From Mobula hypostoma (Eukaryota), in contig NC_086097.1 of assembly GCF_963921235.1 (NCBI RefSeq), positions 161,450,001-161,514,000 of the forward strand: DNA of 64,000 nucleotides, given 5' to 3'. The notes under the pieces are model-generated. The model ran no database searches, had not been told where the DNA came from, and saw nothing but the letters and a program-made list of their open reading frames with translations. Positions 38,305-50,275 of the stretch are shown piece by piece; the stretch's first letter is position 1, and every line of letters starts with the position of its first letter. The position numbers and the translations under genes are program-made.

Positions 38305-40164
38305 TGCAAATGTGTAGAATAGGATGACCTGTGTTTTGATTAAAATGAAGATATAACACTGCAGATGCTGGAACCTAGAGCAAAAAAAAAGTTGCTGGTA
38401 TGGTCTGCGGCTGTGGAGGAAAATAAGCAGTGGATATTTCAGGTCAAGGCCCTTCGCTGGCCTGAAAGGATGAAGAAAAGATGGTCAATATATAAAGGTG
38501 AGGGGAAGGGATGGGACAAAAGACAGCCAGAATGTGGAGATGAGCAGAGGGAAGAGTAGGACAAGGGACAAGGGATAGAGGCTGGGTGGTGATGAATGGA
38601 GGCAACAGGGAATCGGATAAGGATTTCCTAGATAAAGGAACATCCCAAATGTCCTGGAGTGGAAGATATCCTTTAGAGAACAAGCACTGCAAAGATAGAG
38701 AAAATGAAAGAAATGAATGGTGTCCTTAAAGGAGATGCTGGGAGTTGGGTTTGCAATAATTCTTTTTTGATAGGTGTCAGTGCTAATTAAGGTTTTTAAA
38801 ATTATCCATGGGTCTGGTGAACATTGAAGTGCTTCTAAAGTCTCCAACTCCTTCGTGGCAAAGGGACAAAACTGGTCTTAAAATCTAATCAATCAAATTC
38901 TTGCAAAAGAACATTATAGTGCACTTCCTTGCATCCATATGGATTCCTGCAATATTATTTAGGTTCCCATGTTAAAGAAAATTGGAGCTCTCTGCAGTAT
39001 CCTTGTTAACATTTACCTCTCCAAACAACCTGCTTCACTATAATATTGAAAATTAGCTGCAGTATTTCCTAACTTCATGTACAAAATAAATTTTGAAGAA
39101 CCATGGTTGTGAAAGGGTTCAAAGTACTTTCAAGTAGTTTGCAGTCATTCATCAGACAGAAGAAAAGATTTTGGAAGAAGGGACAAACTACAGTATATTG
39201 CATTGCTGGAAAGAGCCACACAGTCTCAGTGAATTCTACTGAAATGTGGGGGTGGAAGAGATAAACTATCAATAAAATTCATCAGAAACTATTATTCTTG
39301 TTTGATAAGTTAGTATCAGGACCACAATGGTAATTGCATAGCAGAAATAAAACAATTGCATAACTAGAAATAACATGGTGGATGATGTGCTAGGTGGTGG
39401 GGGCCATTTGAGACCAATAGTCGATCAGAATCCTTTTAGTAACTGGTCTTCAAGTTCTAAACTGCGGGAAGGCAAATTTCATCACTGAATCAAGGCTGAA
39501 AGAAAATTATAGCTGGAAATTTAACGTCCAAACATGCACATTCTGTTGAAAGCACGGGCAGAAGCTGGTTGCTGTTGGTAAAAAATGAAATGAACTCATT
39601 AGTAAAAGCTGACATAGGGCCATAAGGTGTTGAATCATTGTGGATAGAGCTAAGGAACTGCAAGGGTAAAAAGACCTTGATGGAAGTTGTAAAGACACCC
39701 CTGAACAGTAGTAAGGATGTGGTCTACGAATTACAATGTGAGATATAAAATGCATTTCAAAAGGGCAATGTTACAAGTCATACGGGATTTCAATATGCAG
39801 ATAGATTCCAGGAAGGGCAATTCCTAGAGTGGGTATAAGATGGATTTTTAGAGCAGCTCATGGTTGAGCCCACGAGGGGACCAGCTATTCTGGAATGGGT
39901 GTTGTGCACTGAACCACAATTGATTAGAGAGCTTAAGATAAAAGAACCCTCAGGGATGTGATCATAATATGATCAAATTCACCTTGAAATTTAAGAAGGA
40001 GAAGCTAAAGTCAGTATTACAGTGGAGTAAAGGGAATTACAGATACTTAAGAGAAGATTTTAAACTCAAACAACAGGAATTCTGCAGATGCTGGAAATTC
40101 AAGCAACATACATCAAAGTTGCAGGTGAACGCAGCAGGCCAAGCAGCATCTATAGGAAGAGGCG

Positions 40165-40202
40165 CAGTCGACGTTTCAGGCCGAGACCCTTCGTCAGGAC
40201 TA
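40165..40202 (-). ncRNA. Minimal type I hammerhead ribozyme motif (left arm)
   Basis: Reverse complement reads TAGTC-CTGACGA-AGG GTCTCGG CCT-GAAAC-GTC-GACTG: intact CUGANGA and GAAA core, helices I and II, palindromic ACGT helix III. Confidence 0.85.
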
Positions 40203-42193
40203 ACTGAAGGAAGAGTGAGTAAGGGATTTGAAAGCTGGAGGGGGAGGGGGAGATGCAAAATGATAGGAGAAGACAGGAGGGGGAGGGATAGAGCCGAGAG
40301 CTGGACAGGTGATAGGCAAAAGGGGATACGAGAGGATCATGGGACAGGAGGCCTAGGGAGAAAGATGGGGGGGGGTGACCCAGAGGATGGGCAAGAGGTA
40401 TATTTAGAGGGACAGGGAGAAAAAGGAGAGTGAGAGAAAGAATGTGTGCATAAAAATGAGTAACAGCTGGGGTACGAGGGGGAGGTGGGGCCTAGCGGAA
40501 GTTAGAGAAGTCAATGTTCATGCCATCAGGTTGGAGGCTACCCAGACGGAATATAAGGTGTTGTTCCTCCAACCTGAGTGTGGCTTCATCTTTACAGTAG
40601 AGGAGGCCGTGGATAGACATGTCAGAATGGGAATGGGATGTGGAATTAAAATGTGTGGCCACTGGGAGATCCTGCTTTCTCTGGCGGACAGAGCGTAGAT
40701 GTTCAGCAAAGCGGTCTCCCAGTCTGCGTCGGGTCTCACCAATATATAAAAGGCCACATCGGGAGCACCGGACGCAGTATATCACCCCAGTCGACTCACA
40801 GGTGAAGTGATGCCTCACCTGGAAGGACTGTTTGGGGCCCTGAATGGTGGTAAGGGAGGAAGTGTAAGGGCATGTGTAGCACTTGTTCCGCTTACACGGA
40901 TAAGTGCCAGGAGGGAGATCAGTGGGGAGGGATGGGGGGGACGAATGGACAAGGGAGTTGTGTAGGGAGCGATCCCTGCGGAATGCAGAGAGAGGGGGGA
41001 GGGAAAGATGTGCTTAGTGGTGGGATCCCGTTGGAGGTGGCGGAAGTTACGGAGAATAATATGTTGGACCCGGAGGCTGGTGGGGTGGTAGGTGAGGACC
41101 AGGGAACGCTATTCCTAGTGGGGTGGTGGGAGGATGGAGTGAGAGCAGATGTACGTGAAATGGGGGAGATGCGTTTAAGAGCAGAGTTGATAGTGGTCCA
41201 CTATCAACTCTGCTCTTAAACGCATCTCCTCCATTTCACGTACATCTGCTCTCACTCCATCCTCCCACCACCCCACTAGGAATAGGGTTCCCCTGGTCCT
41301 CACCTACCACCCCACCAGCCTCCGGGTCCAACATATTATTCTCCGTAACTTCCGCCACCTCCAACGGGATCCCACCACTAAGCACATCTTTCCCTCCCCC
41401 CTCTCTCTGCATTCCGCAGGGATCGCTCCCTACACAACTCCCTTGTCCATTCGTCCCCCCCATCCCTCCCCACTGATCTCCCTCCTGGCACTTATCCGTG
41501 TAAGCGGAACAAGTGCTACACATGCCCTTACACTTCCTCCCTTACCACCATTCAGGGCCCCAAACAGTCCTTCCAGGTGAGGCATCACTTCACCTGTGAG
41601 TCGACTGGGGTGATATACTGCGTCCGGTGCTCCCGATGTGGCCTTTTATATATTGGTGAGACCCGACGCAGACTGGGAGACCGCTTTGCTGAACATCTAC
41701 GCTCTGTCCGCCAGAGAAAGCAGGATCTCCCAGTGGCCACACATTTTAATTCCACATCCCATTCCCATTCTGACATGTCTATCCACGGCCTCCTCTACTG
41801 TAAAGATGAAGCCACACTCAGGTTGGAGGAACAACACCTTATATTCCGTCTGGGTAGCCTCCAACCTGATGGCATGAACATTGACTTCTCTAACTTCCGC
41901 TAGGCCCCACCTCCCCCTCGTACCCCAGCTGTTACTCATTTTTATGCATACATTCTTTCTCTCACTCTCCTTTTTCTCCCTGTCCCTCTAAATATACCTC
42001 TTGCCCATCCTCTGGGTCACCCCCCCCCCGTCTTTCTCCCTAGGCCTCCTGTCCCATGATCCTCTCGTATCCCCTTTTGCCTATCACCTGTCCAGCTCTC
42101 GGCTCTATCCCTCCCCCTCCTGTCTTCTCCTATCATTTTGCATCTCCCCCTCCCCCTCCAGCTTTCAAATCCCTTACTCACTCTTCCTTCAGT

Positions 42194-42231
42194 TAGTCCT
42201 GACGAAGGGTCTCGGCCTGAAACGTCGACTG
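42194..42231 (+). ncRNA. Minimal type I hammerhead ribozyme motif (right arm)
   Basis: TAGTC / CTGACGA (42199-42205) / AGG..CCT helix II / GAAAC (42219-42223) / GTC triplet with predicted cut after 42226 / GACTG pairing with TAGTC. Confidence 0.87.
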
Positions 42232-43129
42232 CGCCTCTTCCTATAGATGCTGCTTGGCCTGCTGCGTTCACCAGCAACTTTGATGTATGTTACTTAAGAG
42301 AAGAGTTGGCCAAAATTGATTGGAAAAGAACAGGGATGACACAGAGCAGCAATGGCTTCTAAATGGAGGGAAAATGCCAATAATGGAAGCGCAATGGGAC
42401 TTCGGAGCCCTTGTGCAGGGCTCCCTAAAGGTTAATTTACAGGTCAAGTCTGTGGTGAGGAAGGCAAATGCAATGTTAGCATTCATTTGAAGAGGACCAG
42501 AATATAAAAACGAAGATGTAACGTTGAGACTTTATAAAGCAGTGGTGAGGCCCTACTTGGAGTATTGTGAGCAGTTTTAGGACCCTTATCTTAGAAAGGA
42601 TATGCTAAAACTGGTAAGGGTTCAAAGGAGGTTCACGAAAATGATTCCAGGAGTAAACAGTTCGTCATATGAAGAGTGTTCCATGGCTCCGGGCCTGTAT
42701 TCACTGGAATTCAGAAGAATGAGGGGTGACCTCATTGAAACGAATTGAATGGTGAAAGGCCTTGATAGAGTGGACGTGGAGACGATGTTTCCTAAGGTAG
42801 GGGAATCTAAGACCAGAGGATGCAGCCTCAGAATAGAGATGAGGAAAAGTTTCTTTAGCCAGAGAGTAGTGAACCTGCAGAATTCTTTACCACAGGCAGG
42901 TGTAGAGGCCAAGTCTTTATGCCTATTTAAGGCAGAGGTTGATAGATCCTTGATTGGTCAGGACATGAAGGGACAGGAGAAGAAGACAGGAGATTAGGGC
43001 TAAGAGGAAAATTGAATAGCCATAATAAAATAGCAGAGCAGACTCAATGGGCCAAATGGCCTAATTCTGCTCCTATATCTTATGGTCTTGCAGTTCCTTG
43101 TGCAAGTGACATTCCTCACTTGCAAATCT

Positions 43130-44225
43130 CAGTCAGTTTGGATTGGCAACAACATCTGAACTCTCGGATATCTCCTCCACAATCTCCATCAGCACAGATG
43201 CACCACTAGGGTGTAGCCCCTGCTCTACCCACTTTACTTTTATAATTGTGTGGCTAAGCACAGCTCTAAAGCCATACTCAAGTTTGCTAATGACACCACT
43301 GTTGCTGGTCAAATCAAGGTGGTGATGAATCAGCATATAAGAGCGAGACAGAAAATCTGGCTAGTGATGCATAACAACCTCTTACTCAATGTCAGCAAGA
43401 CCAAGGAGCTGATTACTGACATCAGGAGAAGGAAATCAGAGGTCCATGAGCCAGTCCTCATTGTAGGATCAGAGGTGTAGAGGGTCTGCAACTTTAAATT
43501 CCTCAATTATTTTGGAGAACCTGTCCTGGGCCCAGCACATCAGTGCAATTATCAAGAAACCTCTACTTCCTTATAAGTTTGTGGAGATTCAGTTTGACAT
43601 CTAAAACTTTGACAAACTTCTATAGATGTGTAGTGGAGAGCATATTGACTGGCTGTATCATGGCCTGGTATGGAAACACCAATGCGCTTGAATGGAAAAT
43701 CCTACAAAAAGTAGTGGATACAGCCCAGTCCATCACAGGTTAAGCCCTCCCACCAATGAGTACAACTACAGGATCACAGCATCCATCATCAGGGACACGC
43801 ACCACCCAGGGCATGCTCTCTTCTCCTGCTATCAGGAAGAAGGTACAAGAGCCTCAGGACTCACACCACCAGGTTCAGGAACAGTTATTACCCCACCCAT
43901 CAAGCTCATGAACCAAAGGGGATAACTTCACTTGCCCATCATTGAAATATTCCCACAACCTATGGACTCACTTTCAGGGACTTTTCATTTCATGTGTTCG
44001 ATATTTATTGCTTATCTATTTATTATTATTCTTTCTTTCTTGTTGTACTTACACAGTTTGTCTTTTGCATACTGGTTGAATACCCAAGTTGATGCAGTCT
44101 TTCATTAACACTGCTATGGTTATTATTCTATGGATTTACTGACTATGCCCATTAGAAAAGGAATCTCAGGGATGCATATGGTGACATACATGTCCTTTGG
44201 TAATAAATTTACTTTGAACTTTTAA
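43130..44225 (+). mobile_element. Rex1/Babar LINE 3' fragment
   Basis: KFANDTTV, NLLLNVSKTKELI, NFYRCVVESILTGCIMAWYGN; tail AATAAATTTACTTTGAACTTT. Confidence 0.85.
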
Positions 44226-44229
44226 GTTC

Positions 44230-44830
44230 TGTTAACAATCAAAGTGGTAATCTATGCATAGAGCCACAGGAAATCGGTGAAGTCTTAAATGAATACTTCT
44301 CATCTGAAGAAGAAAATAACTTAATCAGTTTAAGAGTGGGGATAGTGATATCCTGTAACATAGCATTACAAGAGAGGTGGTTTTAGAAGTCTTCGAACAA
44401 ATAACAGTAGTTAAATCCCTGGGACCTGATCAAGTGTATACTAAGATGTATGGGAGGCACAGTAATGTTTTCTGGTGCCTTGAGAAATTTGTGTGCCAGA
44501 GGTGAGATGTGGTAAGACTGGAAGATGTTGTACTTTAGGGCAGTACGAATAAATCAACTACAGGCCATTATATCAATGGTGGGAAAGCTATTGGAAGGCA
44601 TTCTGAGAGACAGCATTTTCTTGCATTTGGAAAGGCAAGAATAATTATGGAGAGTCAACAAGGTTTTGTGTGTGGGAAACCATGCCTCACAAATTTGATT
44701 GAGATTTTTGAAAGAGGTGACTTAAGACAATTTAGGAAGGCTAAGCAATAAATGCTGTCTACATCAACGTAAACAAGGCCTTTTGCAAGGACTCACATGA
44801 TCGGCTTATTCAGAAGGATCCAGGACGTGC
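44230..44830 (+). mobile_element. Highly decayed CR1 ORF2 fragment
   Basis: KSLGPD, MVGKLLEGILRD and SQQGFVCGKPCLTNLIE remnants. Confidence 0.7.
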
Positions 44831-44839
44831 TGGGGGCAG

Positions 44840-45118
44840 CACGCAAGCATCGCTGTTCTTTCAGCACCAACACAGCATGCCCACAGCGTACTATCCCCAA
44901 CCCACACGTCTTTGGAATGTGGGAGGAAACCTTGTGGTCATAAGAAGAATATATGGGATCCCTACACACAGTGCTGGGAACTGAAACCCGATTTTACAGC
45001 TTGTGGTCATGGGGAGAATGTACAGGCTCCCTACACACAGTGCTGGGAACTGAACCCCAATTTTACAGCTGGCACTGTAAAGGATTATGTTAACCGCTAA
45101 ACTATCATGCCACCCCTC
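44840..45118 (-). mobile_element. V-SINE-like element with an internal ~69-bp tandem duplication
   Basis: GTCTTTGGAATGTGGGAGGAAACC (reverse V domain); CTTGTGGTCAT...CCCTACACACAGTGCTGGGAACTGAA...TTTTACAG occurs twice (44931-45070). Confidence 0.7.
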
Positions 45119-45261
45119 AATTAGACATCCCAGTATAGATCACAATGGCATCATTCTGTCACAGCCTGCAAATAGTTTTTTTTTTTCCCATTTGTACTTT
45201 CTACAAAATAAGGAAAATTATTTGAGCAGATAAAGAATTTATATCAATAAATTGTTTGGAA

Positions 45262-45510
45262 TGGCACGGTAGTGTAGTGGTTAGCATAATACTATTACAG
45301 CACCAACGACCCAGGTTCAATTCCACTGCTGTCTGTAAGGAATTTGTACATTTTCCCGTGACCTCATGGCACTTCGAGTACTCTACTTTCTTCCCACATT
45401 CCAAAGACATACTGGCTAGCAGATTAATCGGTCACATGGGTGTAACTGGGTGGCGCGGGCTCGTTGGGCCAGAAAGACCTGTTGCTGTGCTGTGTCCCTA
45501 ATAAGAAATT
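45262..45510 (+). mobile_element. tRNA-derived V-SINE-like element
   Basis: A box TAGTGTAGTGG, B box GGTTCAATTCC, V-domain TTCCCACATTCCAAAGAC, CR1-like 3' end. Confidence 0.8.
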
Positions 45511-45552
45511 TACAAAGAAACAGTGCAACTGCTCCCCCTAGTGGAAAGGTTA

Positions 45553-46143
45553 GAAGAGAAAGCAGGATCTCCCAGTTACCACACATTTTAGTTTCATGTC
45601 CCATTCCCATTCTGATATGTCTATCCACGGCCTCCTCTACTGTAAAGATGAAGCCACACTCAGGTTGGAGGAACAACACCTTATATTCTGACTGGGTAGC
45701 CTCCAACCTGATGGCATGAATATTGATTTCTCAAACTTCCACTAATGCCCCACCTCCCCCTCGTACCCCATCCGTTATTTATTTATATACACACATTCTT
45801 TTTCTTTTTTTCTCTCTCTCTCTCCTTTTTCTCCCTCTGTCCCTCTCACTGTACCCCTTGCCCATCCTCTGGGGTTCCCCCCCTCTTCCTTTTCTTTCTC
45901 CCTAGGCCTCCTGTCCCATGATCTTCTCATATCCCTTTTGCCAATCACCTGTCCAGCTCTTGGCTCCATCCCTCCCCCACCTGTCTTCTCCTATCATTTT
46001 GGATCTCCCCCTCCCCGACCTACTTTCAAATCTCTTACTAGCTCTTCCTTCAGTTAGTCCTGACAAGGGCTCTCGGCCCGAAACATCCACTGTACCTCTT
46101 CCTAGAGATGCTGCCTGGCCTGCTGTGTTCACCAGCAACTTTT
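45553..46143 (+). mobile_element. 5'-truncated Penelope-like copy with degenerate hammerhead
   Basis: Colinear with 41712-42280; the hammerhead region 46055-46092 is mutated (CTGACAAGGG...GAAACATCCACTG). Confidence 0.9.
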
Positions 46144-46270
46144 AAATGTTTAAAGTTGCAAGGTTGAGGTGCAGTCCTATGGATCCTGAAAGTCACATTT
46201 CACTAAGAACTTTTCTTGAAATGTTCAGCATTTCTCTTTAACCTCTGTATTTCCAGCATATGTCTTGTTT

Positions 46271-46340
46271 GGGAGACTTGGCTCAAATGGTAGAGTACTT
46301 GCTTAGCATGTGAAAGTTTGTGGATCAATGAACTCATCTG
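46271..46340 (+). pseudogene. tRNA-Ala(AGC)-derived pseudogene
   Basis: GGGAGACTTGGCTCAAATGGTAGAGTACTTGCTTAGCATGTGAAAG...GGATCAATG matches the vertebrate tRNA-Ala D arm, TTAGCAT anticodon loop and the Ala-specific GGATCGATG T-loop, with CpG-type decay; no acceptor stem. Confidence 0.7.
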
Positions 46341-46349
46341 AACTCACGG

Positions 46350-49300
46350 ATAGAAACATAGAAAATAGGTGCAGGAGTAGGCCATTCGGCCCTGCACTGA
46401 CATTCAGTACTGTCATGGCTGATCATCCAACTCAGAACCCTGTACCTGCCTTCTCTCCATACCCCCGATCCCTTTAGCCACAAGGGCCATATCTAACTCC
46501 CTCTTAAATATAGCCAATGAACTGTCTCCTGTGGCAGAGAATTCCACAAATTCACCACTCTCTGTGTGAAGAAGTTTTTCCTCATCTCAGTCCTAAAAGG
46601 CTTCCCCTTTATCCTCAAACTGTGAGCCCTCACTCTGGACTTCCCCAACATCGGAAACAATCTTCCTACACCTAGCCTGTCCAATCCCTTTAGGATTTTA
46701 TACGTTTCAATAAGATCCCCCCTCAGTCTTCTAAATTCCAGAGAGTATAAGCCTAGTCGATCCAGTGTTTCATCATATGAAAGTCCTGCCGTCCCAGGAA
46801 TCAATCTGGTGAACCTTCTTTGTACTCCCTCTATGGCAATAATGTCTTTCCTCAGATTAGGGGACCAAAACTGCACACAATACTCCAGGTGTGGTCTCAC
46901 CAAGGCCTTGTACAACTGCAGTAGTACCTCCCTGCTCCTGTACTCGAATCCTCTTGCCATGAATGCCAGCATACCATTCGCCTTTTTCACCGCCTGCTGT
47001 ACCTGCATGCCCACTTTCAATGACTGGTGTACAATGACACCCAGGTCTCGTTGCACCTCCCCTTTTCCTAATCTGCCACCATTCAGATAATCTGTTTTCC
47101 TGCTCTTGCCACCAAAGTGAATAACCTCACATTTATCCACATTAAATTGCATCTGCCATGAATTTGCCCACTCACCTAACCTATCCAAGTCACCCTGCAT
47201 CCTCTTAGCATCCTCCTCACAGCTAACACTGCCGCCCAGCTTTGTGTCATCTGCAAACTTGGAGATGCTGCATTTAATTCCCTCGTCTGAGTCATTAATA
47301 TATATTGTAAACAACTGGGGTCCCAGCACTGAGCCTTGTGGTATCCCACTAGTCACTGCCTGCCATTCTGAAAAGGTCCCGTTTATTCCCACTCTTTACT
47401 TCCTGTCTGCCAACCAATTCTCTATCGACATCAATACCATACCCCCAATACCGTGTGCTTTAAGTTTGCACACTAATCTCCTGTGTGGGAGCTTGTCAAA
47501 AGCCTTTTGAAAATCCAAATATACCACATCCACTGGTTCTCCCCTATCCACTCTACTAGTTACATCCTCAAAAAATTCTATGAGATTTGTCAGACATGAT
47601 TTTCCTTTAACAAATCAATGCTGACTTTGTCCGATAATTTCATTGCTTTCCGAATGTGCTGTTATCACATCTTTGATAACTGACTCTAGCATTTTCCCCA
47701 CCACTGATGTCAGGCTTACCAGTCTATAATTTCCTGGTTTCTCTCTCCCTCCTTTTTTAAAAAGCAGGGTTACATTAGCCACCCTCCAATCCTCAGGAAC
47801 TAATCCAGAATCTAAAGACATTTGAAAAATTATCACTAATGCATCCACTATTTCTTGGGCTCCTTCCTTAAGCACTCTGGGATGCAGACCATCTGGCCCT
47901 GGGGATTTATCTGACTTTAATCCCTTCAATTTACCTAACACCACTTCCCTACTAACATGTATTTCCCTCAGTTCCTCCATCTCACTAGACCCTCGGACCC
48001 CTACTATTTCTGAAAGATTATTTATGTCCTCTTTAGTGAAGACAGAACTAAAGTAGTTATTCAGTTGGTCTGCCATGTCCTTGTTCTCCATGATCAATTC
48101 ACCTGTTTCTGACTGTAAGGGACCTACATTTGTCTTAACCAATCTTTTTCTTTTCACATATCTATAAAAGCTTTTACAGATAGTTCTTATGTTCCCTGCC
48201 AGCTTTCTCTCATAATCTTTTTCCCCTTTCCTAATTAAGCCCTTTGTCCTCCTTTGCTGGACTCTGAATTTCTCCCAGTCCTCAGGTGTGCCACTTTTTC
48301 TGGCTAATTTGTATGTTTCTTCTTTGAAATTGATACTATCCCTAATTTCCCTTGTCAGCCACAGGTGCACTACCTTCCTTGATTTATTCTTTTGCCAAAC
48401 TGGGATGAACAATTGTTGTAGTTCATCCATGCGATCTTTAAGTGCTTGCCATTGCATATCCACCGTCAACCCTTTAAGTATCAGTTGCCAGTCTATCTTA
48501 GCTAATTCATGTCTCATACCTTCAAAGTTACCCTTCTTTAAGTTCAGAACCTTTGTTACTGAATTAACTATGTCACTCTCCATCTTAATGAAGAATTCCA
48601 CCATATTATGGTCACTCTTACCCAAGGGGCCTCGCACCACAAGATTGCTAACTAATCCCTCCTCATTGCTCAATACCCAGTCTAGAATGGCCTGCTCTCT
48701 AGTTGGTTCCTCGACATGTTGGTTCAGAAAACTATCCCGCATACATTCCAAGAAATCCTCTTCCTCAGCACCCTTACCAATTTGGTTCACCCAATCTATA
48801 TGTATATTGAAGTCACCCATTAGAACTGCTGTTCCTTTATTGCACACATTTCTAATTTCCTGCTTAATGCCATCCCCAATCTCACTACTACTGTTAGGTG
48901 GCCTGTACACAACTCCCACCAGCATTTTCTGCCCCTTAGTGTTATGCAGCTCTACCCATATTGATTCCACATCCTCCCGGCTAATATCCTTCCTTTCTAT
49001 TGTGTTAATCTCCTCTCTAACCAGCAATGCCACCCCACCTCCTTTTCTTTCAAGGTCTATCCCTCCTGAATATTGAATATCCCCGAATGTTGAGCTCCCA
49101 TTCTTGGTCACCCTGGAGCCATGTCTCTGTGATCCCAACTATATCATATTCATTAATAACTATCTGCACATTCAATTCATCCACCTTGTTATGAATGCTC
49201 CTTGCATTGACGCACAAAGCCTTCAGGCTTGCTTTTACAACACTCTTAGCCCTTATACAATTATGCTGAGAAGTGGCCCTTTTTGATTTTTGCCCTAGAT

Positions 49301-49576
49301 TTGCTGGCCTGCCACTTTTACTTTTCACCTTACTACTTTTTGCTTCTACCCTCATTTTACACCCCTCTGTCTCTCTGCACTTGTTCCCATCCCCCTGCCA
49401 CATTAGTTTAAATCGTCCTGAACAACAGTAGCAAATGCTCCCCCTAGGACATTGGTTCCAGTCCAGCCCAGGTGCAGACCGTCCTGTTTGTACCGGTCCC
49501 ACCTCCTCCAGAACTGGTTCCAATGCCCCAGAAATTTGAATCCCTCCCGTTGCACCATTTTTCAAGCCACGTATAG
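46350..49576 (-). mobile_element. Long CR1 LINE: 3' end of ORF1 (SGNH esterase-like) and nearly complete ORF2 (APE endonuclease + RT)
   Basis: ORF1 remnant GHWNQFWRRWDRYKQDGLHLGWTG; NARSI, GITETW, GVVYRPP, GDFN, SDHN; PQGSVLGP, KFADDTK; TTCTATGTTTCTAT tail at ~46350. Few lesions. Confidence 0.95.
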
Positions 49577-50080
49577 TGGACAGCTGTGATCCCAAATCTT
49601 ACATACATTTCTGAAACCCTAAACACCTAACACCATGCACCTCAAGCCAACAGAAAAATCTGCCACATCAGGAATACTCTGCAGTTCTAGTCACCCTTCT
49701 TTGGGAAGGACATGAAATACTGGAGAGGGTGCAAAGGATGTTGGCTTGGATGGAGCAATTCATTTAGGCTATAAATCTTTGTCATAGATATACTTAAATA
49801 CTAAAGCAAATCATAAATCTAAAATATTAATTATTTGTCTCTCCACAAAAATTGCTCAGTATTTTCAACATTTTGTATTTACTTCAAGATATCCAAAATG
49901 TACAATATTTTGCACCAGAAATAATACTTGATTTTTTTTTACATGAAAATTGTTACAAACATCAGGAACCAAAAATTCACATATGTATAAAAATATAGAA
50001 GTGTCATCTTATTCCTCATTTTGATAGTATTCTTGGAGTAATACATTTACCAGCATATTATTAGGGTAAAAAGTACACAG

Positions 50081-50275
50081 CTATTCTACTTTCCAAATAG
50101 CAATCTTCCCATCTTCCCTGCCGGCTCCACTCAGAACATATCTGTTTTCAGCAGAGCACAATGCTCGAACCATGTCCACGTGAGCCACCAGTTCTTTCTC
50201 CACACAGTATTTGTCTGCATCTATCACATATATTTTCCCTTTGACTTTGTCCAATCCTTTGCTTCCAATCCAGAT
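50081..50275 (-). CDS. DENND3: DENND3 last coding exon (WD40 C-terminus), absent from the ORF track
   Basis: Minus strand TTTCAG|ATC...TAG, 65 codons: [64 protein letters not shown]. Matches the DENND3 C-terminus as I recall it. Confidence 0.93.
   Translation of the reverse strand: MWIGSKGLDKVKGKIYVIDADKYCVEKELVAHVDMVRALCSAENRYVLSGAGREDGKIAIWKVE

Larger units (their letters stand above)
40058..42290. mobile_element. Penelope-like element (probably Neptune-type), head-to-head fold-back of two 5'-truncated copies
   Basis: Identical GIY-YIG ORFs on both strands (40492-40818 minus, 41577-41903 plus: GVIYCVRCSRCGLLYIGET...RFAEH) preceded by the Cys linker YPCKRNKCYTC. Symmetry centre at 41197. 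14-bp TSD TACTTAAGAGAAGA (40044-40057 and 42291-42304). Confidence 0.95.
39310..43090 (+). mobile_element. Decayed CR1 LINE (endonuclease part plus 3' end) split by the Penelope-like palindrome
   Basis: Removing 40058-42290 and one TSD restores WSKGNYRYLREELAKIDW; LYKAVVRPYLEYCEQF follows; tail CCTATATCTTATGGTCTT at ~43072-43089. Confidence 0.88.

Noticed and set aside
2511..39755. Numerous 60-130 aa ORFs in the track
   Set aside because: Apart from those assigned above to exons or transposons, they lack domain motifs and splice context, many use non-ATG starts, and their lengths are as expected by chance.
40492..41903. Two identical 108-aa GIY-YIG ORFs as a duplicated host nuclease gene
   Set aside because: They are the C-terminal domain of a 5'-truncated Penelope-like ORF with no true ATG start, embedded in a TSD-flanked insertion.
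40058..42290. Palindrome as a pure assembly or fold-back read artefact
   Set aside because: The arms differ at several positions, a TSD flanks the unit, the CR1 frame continues on both sides, and smaller copies with the same architecture occur in the window. A read-level check is still advisable.
48288..49076. 262-aa plus-strand ORF
   Set aside because: Antisense shadow of CR1 ORF2 with no independent protein features.
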